64,000 nt of DNA from an uncultured Actinomycetes bacterium. GTDB lineage: Bacteria; SZUA-79; Acidulodesulfobacterales; Acidulodesulfobacteraceae. Numbering within the stretch: the stretch's first letter is position 1; the number at the start of each line of letters is the position of its first letter. Shown here piece after piece: positions 9,604 to 18,769 of the stretch. The stretch spans positions 32,001 through 96,000 of the forward strand of contig CAZVZU010000006.1 of NCBI GenBank assembly GCA_964631685.1, read 5' to 3'. Both the position numbers and the translations under genes were made by a program. Under the pieces are notes generated by a model. It was not told the DNA's origin. It made no database searches and worked only from the letters and a program-made list of their open reading frames with translations.

Positions 9604-10788
9604 TTAATTTACTAATAAATTTAGATAAAGCAATGTTGTTTTGGACGCGATTTCTTTAGCATTGAACCTTTCGACAACCCCTTTATAGCAGTTTATTCCT
9701 AATTTTTCAATTAGCTCTCGGTTGTCTATCAACGAAATAATCTTATCCGCAAGTTCACTATAATCCCCGGGCTTAAATAAAAGCCCTGTCTCATTATTTT
9801 TTATTAACTCGGGTATTCCCCCTACGTTAGAAGCAATTACCGCTTTCTTTAGTGCACATGCTTCTATGATAATGCTACCCATACCTTCAATGCCCGACGG
9901 AACAATTATTAAATCGCTTGCAACAATAAATCTTTTTATATTTTTTTTGAAACCGCCTATTACAAAACACTCTTTGAGCCCCATATTTTTAATAAAATTT
10001 ATTATGTGATCTCGCAGTACGCCTTCCCCTATAATGACAAATTTTATGTCATTTCGTTTTTTCATTATTAACCCTGCCGCTTTTATAAATGTCTCATGTC
10101 CCTTTTCTTTAGATAATCTTCCTATGAGAGAGATGATTTTTTCGTCAGACTTTATACTAAGTTCATTCTTAATATTTTGTTTTTGCGATTGATAAAAGGA
10201 TATCTCTTTATCAATATTATTGCTATCGGCAAAAATCCTCGGGCTGTAAATCGTGTCTATCTTTTCAGGGTTAATCTTAACATCCTTGGTCATAACATTT
10301 TTAATAAAATCAGATATAGCGATAAACCTATCCGTTAAAAATCGGTGAATCAGAAATCCTTTTAAAAAGCTGATTCTATAAGCAACATGCCTCGTTAAAA
10401 CCTTGGCTATTTTCTTTTTAAAAACTAAAAACGAGGCCACTCCAGCTAAAAAATGGTCTCTTGAAGAATGGAAATTTATTAAATCTATATCATTGTTTTT
10501 TAAAAAATTTCTTATTTTAAATACAGCCCTGATATCAAGAAAATTTTTCATACTTATTGATATGTTGTTAATGCCTAATTTGTCCAATTCGGCCTTCAAC
10601 CTCTTATTATCATTATGTATGACATAAAAATTGAATTTTTCACCATGATAAACCTTTATAAATTTGAGTAGTATGATGATGTCGGTCTGAGCGCCGCCAA
10701 AGTCCCTGAAACTATCTATGTGGAGTATATTAAATTTGCCTTTTTTGTCCATGATGATTATGGTAGGATGGTGCGATAAACTTTTCAT
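9604..10788 (-). CDS. Glycosyltransferase family 4 (GT-B)
   Basis: GGAQ N-terminal motif, GRLSKEKG, EGMGSIIIEA, SNVGGIPE. Start could be ATG 10752. Confidence 0.9.
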   Translation of the reverse strand: MKSLSHHPTIIIMDKKGKFNILHIDSFRDFGGAQTDIIILLKFIKVYHGEKFNFYVIHNDNKRLKAELDKLGINNISISMKNFLDIRAVFKIRNFLKNNDIDLINFHSSRDHFLAGVASFLVFKKKIAKVLTRHVAYRISFLKGFLIHRFLTDRFIAISDFIKNVMTKDVKINPEKIDTIYSPRIFADSNNIDKEISFYQSQKQNIKNELSIKSDEKIISLIGRLSKEKGHETFIKAAGLIMKKRNDIKFVIIGEGVLRDHIINFIKNMGLKECFVIGGFKKNIKRFIVASDLIIVPSGIEGMGSIIIEACALKKAVIASNVGGIPELIKNNETGLLFKPGDYSELADKIISLIDNRELIEKLGINCYKGVVERFNAKEIASKTTLLYLNLLVN

Positions 10789-10842
10789 TTATTTTAATAA
10801 AAAAATGTGCTTTAACCTAAAGATTAACCCCCTATAATTAGA

Positions 10843-11943
10843 TTAAACATTAAATCTAAAGTGCATTATATCTCCGTCTTTTACAATATAGTCCTTACCT
10901 TCAAGCCTTAAAAGTCCCATTTTTGCCGCATTAGATTCAGAACCCGCCTTTATAAAATCATCGTAAGATATCACCTCTGCTCTTATAAAACCCTTTTCAA
11001 AATCAGTATGTATTGTTCCTGCCGCTTGAGGAGCCTTACAGCCATTTCTTATCTCCCATGCCCTGACCTCTTGTTTCCCTTGGGTAAAAAATGAAATTAG
11101 TCCTAGAAGCCTAAAGCTAATGGACGCAACAATATCTAATGCGGAGGATTCAATGCCGTAATCTTTCAGGAAAACATCTTTATCTTCTGGACTCAATCCC
11201 GATAATTCTTCTTCAAGTTTTGCACATAGTCTTACTGCCGGTATATTTTTAGACCCTGCAATTTTCAATATTTCATCTATCTCATTATTAGAGACCTCTT
11301 CCGATAGCATTTGTTCATCAACATTAAGAACATATATAACCGGTTTTACCGATATAATACCCAATGATTTCAAGATACTTTTTTCATTTTCGGCAAATTC
11401 TTTATTCGATACATTGCCATTTTCGGACAATTGTTCATAAATATCCTTTAAAAATTCAAGGCTGGAAATCGCAGTCTTGTCCCCGCTTTTAGCCATTTTT
11501 TCTAACTTTTGCATATGCTTAGAAAGAATTTCCATATCGCCCAAGGCAAGCTCGGTATTAATGATATCTATATCCCTCATCGGATTTATATTGCCTTCTA
11601 CGTGCACAACCGAGTTTGCTTTAAAAATCCTTATTACTTGTATGATCAAATCTACATTTCTAATATGAGAAAGAAATTTGTTTCCAAGACCTTCACCTGA
11701 AGATGCTCCTTTTACCAATCCTGCAATGTCCATAAACTCTACATAAGTAGGAGTAAACTTCTCCGGATCGACCATTTCCCTTAGCTTATCAAGCCTCTTA
11801 TCGTTAATCGGCTTTATGCCAACATTAGGATCTATCGTGCAAAAAGGATAGTTACCGGCTTCAGCACTCCCGGAGGTAATAGCATTGAATATAGTCGATT
11901 TTCCAACATTAGGAAGTCCAACTATCCCGCATTTAAGCCCCAT
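10843..11943 (-). CDS. ychF: Redox-regulated ATPase YchF
   Basis: GIVGLPNVGKST, NYPFCTIDPN, DIAGLVKGAS, C-terminal FRFNV. Confidence 0.98.
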   Translation of the reverse strand: MGLKCGIVGLPNVGKSTIFNAITSGSAEAGNYPFCTIDPNVGIKPINDKRLDKLREMVDPEKFTPTYVEFMDIAGLVKGASSGEGLGNKFLSHIRNVDLIIQVIRIFKANSVVHVEGNINPMRDIDIINTELALGDMEILSKHMQKLEKMAKSGDKTAISSLEFLKDIYEQLSENGNVSNKEFAENEKSILKSLGIISVKPVIYVLNVDEQMLSEEVSNNEIDEILKIAGSKNIPAVRLCAKLEEELSGLSPEDKDVFLKDYGIESSALDIVASISFRLLGLISFFTQGKQEVRAWEIRNGCKAPQAAGTIHTDFEKGFIRAEVISYDDFIKAGSESNAAKMGLLRLEGKDYIVKDGDIMHFRFNV

Positions 11944-12006
11944 ATTTCATTGTCCTCATAATAATCCCTTTCCTTATTATCTCAAAAAGAGGATTGGATA
12001 AAATTT

Positions 12007-12603
12007 TTACTTGTGATTAAAGGTATTCATAGCGCTAACATATCCATCATTGATCATTGCGGATAATAAATCGTTTATTGTTTTTAAAAAATTCGGCAAT
12101 TTTTTAGTTTCATCCCTTGAGAAATTTGATAACACATAATCGGCCCCAGTAGAAAATTTAACCCTTGAGGATGAATTAATGCCAAGCTTTAATCGGATAA
12201 ATTCTTTACTGCGAATGGAGTTTATTACGGATATCACGCCCTTATGTGAACCCCCGCTACCGCCGAACTTAACCTTAAAGTGTCCCGAATCAAGATCTAG
12301 GTCATCATGAATCAATATTACGTTCGAAGCATCACCATTTTCCAGTATCTTAATGTCATATTTATTCAGCGCCTCCCTTGCTGCTTTTCCGCTCAAATTC
12401 ATGTAAGTGAGCGGCTTAACTAAATAAACATTCCTACCGGATATACTTTTGCTTGAAATTAAATAATTTTTCTTACGACTGAAATCGGGAAAATTATTGT
12501 CTCTAGAAAAGCTGTCAATGACTATAAAACCAAAATTGTGACGGGAAAAGCGATATTCCGCCCCGGGATTCCCGAGACCAAAAATAAATATATTTGTACT
12601 CAT
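12007..12603 (-). CDS. pth: Peptidyl-tRNA hydrolase
   Basis: GLGNPG..RHNFGF, KPLTYMNLSG, HDDLDL, GSHKG. Confidence 0.96.
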   Translation of the reverse strand: MSTNIFIFGLGNPGAEYRFSRHNFGFIVIDSFSRDNNFPDFSRKKNYLISSKSISGRNVYLVKPLTYMNLSGKAAREALNKYDIKILENGDASNVILIHDDLDLDSGHFKVKFGGSGGSHKGVISVINSIRSKEFIRLKLGINSSSRVKFSTGADYVLSNFSRDETKKLPNFLKTINDLLSAMINDGYVSAMNTFNHK

Positions 12604-12655
12604 TTCTTTCGGATAATTAGACCTATCGGATTACCTTAAATATTTGTCCTGAGCA

Positions 12656-13267
12656 CTATGGCTGAGGCGTCTCGGGCACTTCTTCAGCCTGAGTAGTAAC
12701 GGCGACATCCTCAACAGTAGGTTCCGCTACAACAACAATAGGCGTATCCTTTTCTGTGATAATCTCAATACCTTCGCCTAGTTTTAAATCCTTAGCGTGA
12801 ATGATATCCCCTATTTTAAGGGCCGAAACATCTATATCAATCGTGTCAATAATATCTTTAGGGTAACCTTTAATCAAAATATGTCTTATGAGCGGCTCAA
12901 ATATGCCTCCAAGCTTCACACCTTCCGGCTTACCTATGAAGTGGACTGCCGCCTCAATCTCTACTTTGTCATCCATTGATATTTCATAAAAATCCATATG
13001 AATAATGCTCTCAGTCACAGGGTCCTTTTGAATCTCTTTTATTACTGCTATTTTACCGCTCAACTCTTTTTCCTTACTCTCTACATTAATAAAAGATGAA
13101 ACAGAATGACCCGAGAAAGCCTTAATGAAATTCTTATAGTTCAATGAAATACTTAAAGAGTCTGTGCGCTTCCCGTATATCACAGCAGGTATAAAACCCT
13201 TTACCCTAAGTGATTTTACATTTTCATCGCTATTTCTTGCATCGACGTGCAAACTAATTTTTTCCAA
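12656..13267 (-). CDS. rplY: 50S ribosomal protein L25/Ctc
   Basis: IPAVIYG, IQKDPV..IHMDF, GVKLGG; TTG start with AAGGAG SD; between prs and pth. Confidence 0.95.
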   Translation of the reverse strand: MEKISLHVDARNSDENVKSLRVKGFIPAVIYGKRTDSLSISLNYKNFIKAFSGHSVSSFINVESKEKELSGKIAVIKEIQKDPVTESIIHMDFYEISMDDKVEIEAAVHFIGKPEGVKLGGIFEPLIRHILIKGYPKDIIDTIDIDVSALKIGDIIHAKDLKLGEGIEIITEKDTPIVVVAEPTVEDVAVTTQAEEVPETPQP

Positions 13268-13312
13268 TGAATATCTCCTTTTCTCTTATAATTATTTGCT
13301 TTACCGTATATT

Positions 13313-14260
13313 TTAAATAAAAAGTGAACTAATAGAATCCTCGTCATAAATCCTTTTTACCGCTTCAGCCAAAAGATCGGAAACGGTTAACACCTTAATC
13401 TTGTCCGATAATTGTTGTCTATTTTTTTGGTTTATAGTGTCTGTAATTATCAGCTCTTTTATCGGAGAATTGTCTATTTTACTAACCGCATCACCCGAAA
13501 GCACGCCGTGAGTTACCATTGCAATTATGTCTTTCGCTCCATTTTCCAAAAGAGCTACCGCCCCTTGCGTGATCGTACCCGCCGTATCTATCATGTCGTC
13601 AAGCATAACGGCAACCTTATTTTTAACATCTCCAATAACGTTCATTATCTCAGCAACATTCGCCTTTATTCTTCTTTTATCTATAATAGCAAGGTTTGTC
13701 CCTAAATGTTTTGCAAACGCTCTGGCCCGTTCCACTGCGCCGGCATCCGGTGAAACCACAACCATGTCGGTCGAATTCAAACCTTTTTCCTTCATATATC
13801 TAACCAATATAGGAACAGCATATAAATGATCCACCGGTATATTAAAGAAACCCTGGATTTGTCCTGCATGCAAATCCATGGATAAAACCCTATCCGCTCC
13901 AGCGGCAGTTATAATGTCCGCCACTAACTTGGCTGTAATAGGCACCCTTGAAGCAGTTTTTCTATCTTGCCTCGCATATCCGTAATACGGAATAACAGCG
14001 GTCACTCTTTTAACTGACGCTCTTTTCATTGCATCAATCATTATTAAAAGCTCCATTAGGTTCTTATCAACAGGGTTAGATGTGGATTGAACTAAAAAAA
14101 CATCGTATCCACGAACATTTTCATTTATATTTATAAATGTTTCTCCGTCGCTAAAGCTATAAACCTCCGCATCACCAAGGGGAATACAAAGATATTTCGC
14201 CATCTTAGCCGCCAAATCTAAGTTTGAATTACCAGCGAATAGTTTTAATCTGTCAAGCAT
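13313..14260 (-). CDS. prs: Ribose-phosphate pyrophosphokinase
   Basis: FSDGE, PYYGYARQDRK, DLHAGQIQGFF, DDMIDTAGT; true start ATG 14260 (MLDRLKLF) after GGGGAG. Confidence 0.97.
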   Translation of the reverse strand: MLDRLKLFAGNSNLDLAAKMAKYLCIPLGDAEVYSFSDGETFININENVRGYDVFLVQSTSNPVDKNLMELLIMIDAMKRASVKRVTAVIPYYGYARQDRKTASRVPITAKLVADIITAAGADRVLSMDLHAGQIQGFFNIPVDHLYAVPILVRYMKEKGLNSTDMVVVSPDAGAVERARAFAKHLGTNLAIIDKRRIKANVAEIMNVIGDVKNKVAVMLDDMIDTAGTITQGAVALLENGAKDIIAMVTHGVLSGDAVSKIDNSPIKELIITDTINQKNRQQLSDKIKVLTVSDLLAEAVKRIYDEDSISSLFI

Positions 14261-14271
14261 ATCTCCCCTTT

Positions 14272-14346
14272 TGGCTGGGGCGGGAGGATTCGAACCTCCG
14301 ATTGCAGGAATCAAAATCCTGTGACTTGCCACTTGTCTACGCCCCA
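14272..14346 (-). tRNA. tRNA-Gln (anticodon TTG)
   Basis: Reverse complement TGGGGCG...CAGGA-TTTTGAT-TCCTG...GGTTCGAATCC...CGCCCCA-G-CCA; typical position before prs. Confidence 0.97.
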
Positions 14347-14369
14347 ATTTATAACAATTTAAATATAAT

Positions 14370-14639
14370 TTATTGTTGATCCCGATTATTTATAGCAGTT
14401 TCATATTCGTTCAGAACAGCCTTCTCTATCATATTTCTTGTTTCATTATTCAAGGGATGTGCCGTATCCTTGAATGTTCCATCTTTTCTCTTTTTGCTCG
14501 GCATTGCAACAAACAGACCTTCCTTACCATTTATAACTTTAAGGTCCCTGACAACAAAACAATCATCGAAGGTAATTGTCACATAGGCCTTTAATTTTTC
14601 TTCATCAACAGGAAATACGTTAACTTCAGTAACTTGCAT
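14370..14639 (-). CDS. spoVG: Septation regulator SpoVG
   Basis: LKAYVTITFDDCFVVRDLKVI..GLFVAMPS..FKDTAHP. Confidence 0.96.
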   Translation of the reverse strand: MQVTEVNVFPVDEEKLKAYVTITFDDCFVVRDLKVINGKEGLFVAMPSKKRKDGTFKDTAHPLNNETRNMIEKAVLNEYETAINNRDQQ

Positions 14640-14676
14640 GGCAAATCCTCCAAATAAAAATAAATTGTGGAATAAT

Positions 14677-15576
14677 TTATAAAGTTGTCGTCAAAGAACT
14701 TAATTTTAACCTTTTATTAAATGGAAATGATGCTAAATTTTTTAAATAAGTTACCGCTTTTTTTTTGTCCTTAAATGCCCCGAAAACAGTAGAACCACTA
14801 CCTGATAAAAGTGATAGCTCCGCGCCATATTGCATCATATAATCTCTAATATCTCTAAGTACCGGATATTTTTCAAATACTACGGCCTCAAAATCATTTT
14901 CAAATTTTATATTTTTGAAATCTAAGTATTGAATGTTATAATAATTTGCGTTATTTGTCAATAAGAAATCATCAAAGTCACTATAAACCTCTTTTGTTGA
15001 AAGTCCGAAATTCGGAACGATCAAGACAATAAAATATTTAGGCATGGCAGACCTGGGAACCACATGAACATCTTCTCCGAATCCAGTTATAACTGCATCC
15101 CCTTCGGTCAAAAAAAACGGAACATCCGAGCCTATTTTAAAAGCCAAACTTTGTAATTCTAATGGACTAAGCGGATGATTGAAGATTTCATTTAACTTAA
15201 ACAACATACCTGCGGCGTCGCTTGACCCGCCACCCAGTCCGCCCTTAAGGGGTATATTCTTTTCCAATAAAACATTTACGCCCCTGTCAGTAATATTTAA
15301 TCTTTCAAAATAAAGTTTAGCGGCTTCTATAACTATATTTCCTTCATCGGAAAGTAACGCCAGCTCATGCTCGGGGATGATATCTTTGAGTATCTTACCC
15401 GAAGTAGCCAAAATTTTATAATTACCATATGTTAATTTAAAAGAGACTTTATCGAACATTTTAATCTTACGCATCAAAGATTGAACTTGATGAAGATTAT
15501 TTTGTCTCTTTTTACCAATTCTTAGAGAAAAATTAACCTTGGCCGGGGCATGATAATAAAAATTAGCTGCATTCAT
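14677..15576 (-). CDS. ispE: 4-diphosphocytidyl-2-C-methyl-D-erythritol kinase
   Basis: APAKVN, KNIP..GGLGGGSSDAA, GSDVPFF, LSGSGSTVF. Confidence 0.95.
   Translation of the reverse strand: MNAANFYYHAPAKVNFSLRIGKKRQNNLHQVQSLMRKIKMFDKVSFKLTYGNYKILATSGKILKDIIPEHELALLSDEGNIVIEAAKLYFERLNITDRGVNVLLEKNIPLKGGLGGGSSDAAGMLFKLNEIFNHPLSPLELQSLAFKIGSDVPFFLTEGDAVITGFGEDVHVVPRSAMPKYFIVLIVPNFGLSTKEVYSDFDDFLLTNNANYYNIQYLDFKNIKFENDFEAVVFEKYPVLRDIRDYMMQYGAELSLLSGSGSTVFGAFKDKKKAVTYLKNLASFPFNKRLKLSSLTTTL
14933..14961 (-). promoter_or_regulatory. Candidate sigma70 promoter inside ispE driving spoVG-tRNA-Gln-prs
   Basis: TTGACA (14961-14956)-N17-TAACAT (14938-14933) on the minus strand. Confidence 0.55.
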
Positions 15577-15602
15577 TGAATTAAACCGATGAAAGTCAAA
15601 AC

Positions 15603-17150
15603 TTACACATTTAATAATGAACTTATTGCATTATTAGCAAAATTTATAAATATTTGCGGATAAATTCCCATTATTAGTGTAAATAACAAACAAATTAAGA
15701 TTATAATAATCAGTCCTGGGCTTACTTTACCATTAGAAATACCAAATGCAATATTTGATTCAGGTTTATTAGGCATCAGCGCGGTTAATCTTTCTTTATC
15801 CGGCATATACATCTGCACTATTATTTTCATGTAGTAAAATGCAGCAAAAGCACTGTTTGCCAAAGCTATCAATATAAGTAAATTGTATCTTGATTTAATT
15901 GCCGCCGAAAATACATAAAACTTCCCCATAAAACCCGATGTTATTGGAATTCCTGCTAACGATAAGAGGAAAAAAACCATAGCAGCAGCAATAAACGGAT
16001 ATTTATATCCTATCCCCGCATACTTCTTGATATCTAATGATATTAAATTAAAATTTTCAAATATAACTACAACAGCAAATGCACCTGCCGTCATAAAGAT
16101 GTATGCCATTAGATAAAAAAGCGTCCCGGAATATCCATAATATCCGCCGGCTATAATTCCCAAAAGCATGTAACCGGCTTGAGCTATAGATGAATACGCA
16201 AGTAACCTCTTAACATTAGACGACATGATGGCTGCAAGATTTCCGAATGTCATAGATAATATGGCGAGTAGCCATAATATATCATTGAAGTTCATTATAT
16301 TAAAATTATAAATAAGAAAATACATTCTTATAAAAATTGCAAAAGCCGCTATTTTAACGCCTGTTGCCATAAAATTACTGATAGGCGTCGGCGCGCCGTC
16401 ATAGGCATCTGGCGTCCATGAATGAAACGGAAAAAGCGACATTTTAAATGCTAATCCAACTAAAAATAATATTAATCCTATTGCGAGATAAGTCTTAATG
16501 CCATTTGAATTTAGCAAGCCTTTATTGGCTACATCAGTTATGAAATAGTGAATATTATATAGGTTAAGATGTCCCGTAGCTGCGTAAATAAATACCGATC
16601 CGAAAATTAAAAATGCGGACGCAAAAGCGCCTAATATAAAATACTTCAATGCAGCCTCGGTACTCCTAGTATTTCCCTTTAAATAACCCGTAAGAATATA
16701 TGCCGTGATCGACATAAATTCTATAGACAAAAATACCATTATGAGGTTATTGGACGACACTAAAAACATCATTGAAGATATTGCAAATAAGATAAGGCTA
16801 TAGTATTCGGGGAGTGGTACCTTGAAATTATCTATGTAGTCATTTGACATTAGTACCGTTATCAGACCTGAAAAAAGTATCCCGACAAATAAAAAAACAC
16901 TGAACTCGTTAAAGACTATGGCTCCGTAAAAACCTTCCATAGCTTTTCCGGATAGCATTAGTACATATAACATAGAAAAGCCTATACCTATAAGAGAAAG
17001 ATAATACGGATTCTTACTTTTAGAAAGTCTATCCGAAAAAGTCAAGAAAAGAACTATAAACGCAAAGATTATAATAACCGCCTCCGGCATAACGGTCAAC
17101 ATGCCCTTCTCTAAAAAATTCATATTATAAACCGGTGATATATTAAGCAT
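15603..17150 (-). CDS. nuoN: NADH-quinone oxidoreductase subunit N
   Basis: EAALKYFILGA, FKMSLFPFHSWTPDAYDGAP, KRLLAYSSI. Confidence 0.95.
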   Translation of the reverse strand: MLNISPVYNMNFLEKGMLTVMPEAVIIIFAFIVLFLTFSDRLSKSKNPYYLSLIGIGFSMLYVLMLSGKAMEGFYGAIVFNEFSVFLFVGILFSGLITVLMSNDYIDNFKVPLPEYYSLILFAISSMMFLVSSNNLIMVFLSIEFMSITAYILTGYLKGNTRSTEAALKYFILGAFASAFLIFGSVFIYAATGHLNLYNIHYFITDVANKGLLNSNGIKTYLAIGLILFLVGLAFKMSLFPFHSWTPDAYDGAPTPISNFMATGVKIAAFAIFIRMYFLIYNFNIMNFNDILWLLAILSMTFGNLAAIMSSNVKRLLAYSSIAQAGYMLLGIIAGGYYGYSGTLFYLMAYIFMTAGAFAVVVIFENFNLISLDIKKYAGIGYKYPFIAAAMVFFLLSLAGIPITSGFMGKFYVFSAAIKSRYNLLILIALANSAFAAFYYMKIIVQMYMPDKERLTALMPNKPESNIAFGISNGKVSPGLIIIILICLLFTLIMGIYPQIFINFANNAISSLLNV

Positions 17151-18690
17151 TTGACAGCCCCGTTTTAATTTTTATCAAACTATGTACATATCCATGATGG
17201 CTTACCATGCCAATAAAATGTAATACCGTAGGATCGATTCTGTCTAAAAACGGCATTGGATAAAATCCGATAAAAAACATCAGCAATATCAAGGGTAAAA
17301 CCGTAATGATTTCTCTTATATTCATATCTTCAAAATTCTCTACAGCAGGATTTGTAACCCCCTGAAACATAACACGTTGAAACATCCATAATAGGTATAC
17401 AGCCGCAAAAATTATCCCACTCGTGGCAATAATTGTTAAAACCATATAGTGTTTAAAAGACCCTATTAAAATTAAAAACTCTCCCACGAAACCATTCAAA
17501 CCCGGAAGCCCCACGGATGCCAAGATTGATATCATAAAAAGCGTAGTGAATATCGGTGCTTTTTTTGCAATACCTCCAAAATCTGCAATTCTCCTAGTAT
17601 GCATCCTCTCGTAAAGCATTCCTACAAAAAGAAACAATGCCCCCGTCGTAATTCCGTGATTTAAAAGCTGAAGCATAGATCCATCAACACTAATTGCTGA
17701 CATGGCAAACAACCCAAGTACTATAAAACCCATATGCGAAACACTTGAAAATGCGACTAATCTCTTCAAATCCTTTTGGACTATTGAAACCAACGCTCCA
17801 TAGAGAACCCCTATAACACCGATGACAATAACTATCGGGGCAAGCGCCAAGGTTGCCTCCGGCACAAGTGGCATTACAAACCTAAAGAATCCGTAAATTC
17901 CGAATTTTAAAAGGACACCGGCTAGTATGACACTGCCCGCTGTGGGAGCCTCTGTGTGTGCATCTGGAAGCCATGTATGAAAGGGGAAAACCGGTATTTT
18001 AATAGCAAAACCTAAAAATAAAGCAATAAAGAGCCATATTTGAGTGTTAAACGAAATATGAGTGTTGTATAGACTGATAATATTAAACGTAAAGTTGCCC
18101 GTCTGATCGTAATGAAGTATAAATATATAAATCAGTCCAAACAACATTACAAGAGACCCCGCCAGTGTATATAAAATAAACTTTACTGCCGAGTAGACCC
18201 TTCTGCCTGTACCCCACATCCCTATAATAAAATACATAGGTATCAGCATGAATTCCCAAAATAAATAAAATAAAAGAACATCCAATGATGCAAATGTTCC
18301 TATCATGAATGTTTCAAGTATTAACATTAAAATAAAAAATTCTTTTATGTGTTCTTTTATGTACTTAAAACTTGAAATTAGCGATACAAATGTCAAGAGG
18401 GTCGTTAATAATATAAGAAATAAACTTACGCCGTCTATTCCAAGAAAATACGATGCTCCAAATGTACTTATCCAATGAAATTTTTCGACAAATTGGAACT
18501 TATATGTGTCTGGTTTAAAATAAACAAACAGATAAATAGAAAAAACAAACTCTATAAGCGATAGGATTGTTGCAAGATATTTTATTAACACTTCATTTTT
18601 TTTATTAATAAAAATTAATAAAATTGCAGAAGCCAATGGGAAAAAAATTAGTATAGACAAAAGATACTTTATAAAGAAATCCATATTCAT
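17143..18690 (-). CDS. nuoM: NADH-quinone oxidoreductase subunit M
   Basis: FWEFMLIPMY, KIPVFPFHTWLPDAHTEAP, GLPGLNGFVGEF. Confidence 0.96.
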   Translation of the reverse strand: MNMDFFIKYLLSILIFFPLASAILLIFINKKNEVLIKYLATILSLIEFVFSIYLFVYFKPDTYKFQFVEKFHWISTFGASYFLGIDGVSLFLILLTTLLTFVSLISSFKYIKEHIKEFFILMLILETFMIGTFASLDVLLFYLFWEFMLIPMYFIIGMWGTGRRVYSAVKFILYTLAGSLVMLFGLIYIFILHYDQTGNFTFNIISLYNTHISFNTQIWLFIALFLGFAIKIPVFPFHTWLPDAHTEAPTAGSVILAGVLLKFGIYGFFRFVMPLVPEATLALAPIVIVIGVIGVLYGALVSIVQKDLKRLVAFSSVSHMGFIVLGLFAMSAISVDGSMLQLLNHGITTGALFLFVGMLYERMHTRRIADFGGIAKKAPIFTTLFMISILASVGLPGLNGFVGEFLILIGSFKHYMVLTIIATSGIIFAAVYLLWMFQRVMFQGVTNPAVENFEDMNIREIITVLPLILLMFFIGFYPMPFLDRIDPTVLHFIGMVSHHGYVHSLIKIKTGLSNA

Positions 18691-18769
18691 TAACCTTCGT
18701 TAAACCGCCGTTAAATTTATACGCTCCTAATTAATATGTGCGAACCCCGTTTTAAACACGGGAATGTAA

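Noticed and set aside
14261..14347. N-terminal extension of prs
   Set aside because: It is the tRNA-Gln sequence read as codons.
18746..18762. Hairpin CCCGT-N7-ACGGG between nuoL and nuoM as a terminator
   Set aside because: Short stem, no U-tract on the coding strand, and located mid-operon.
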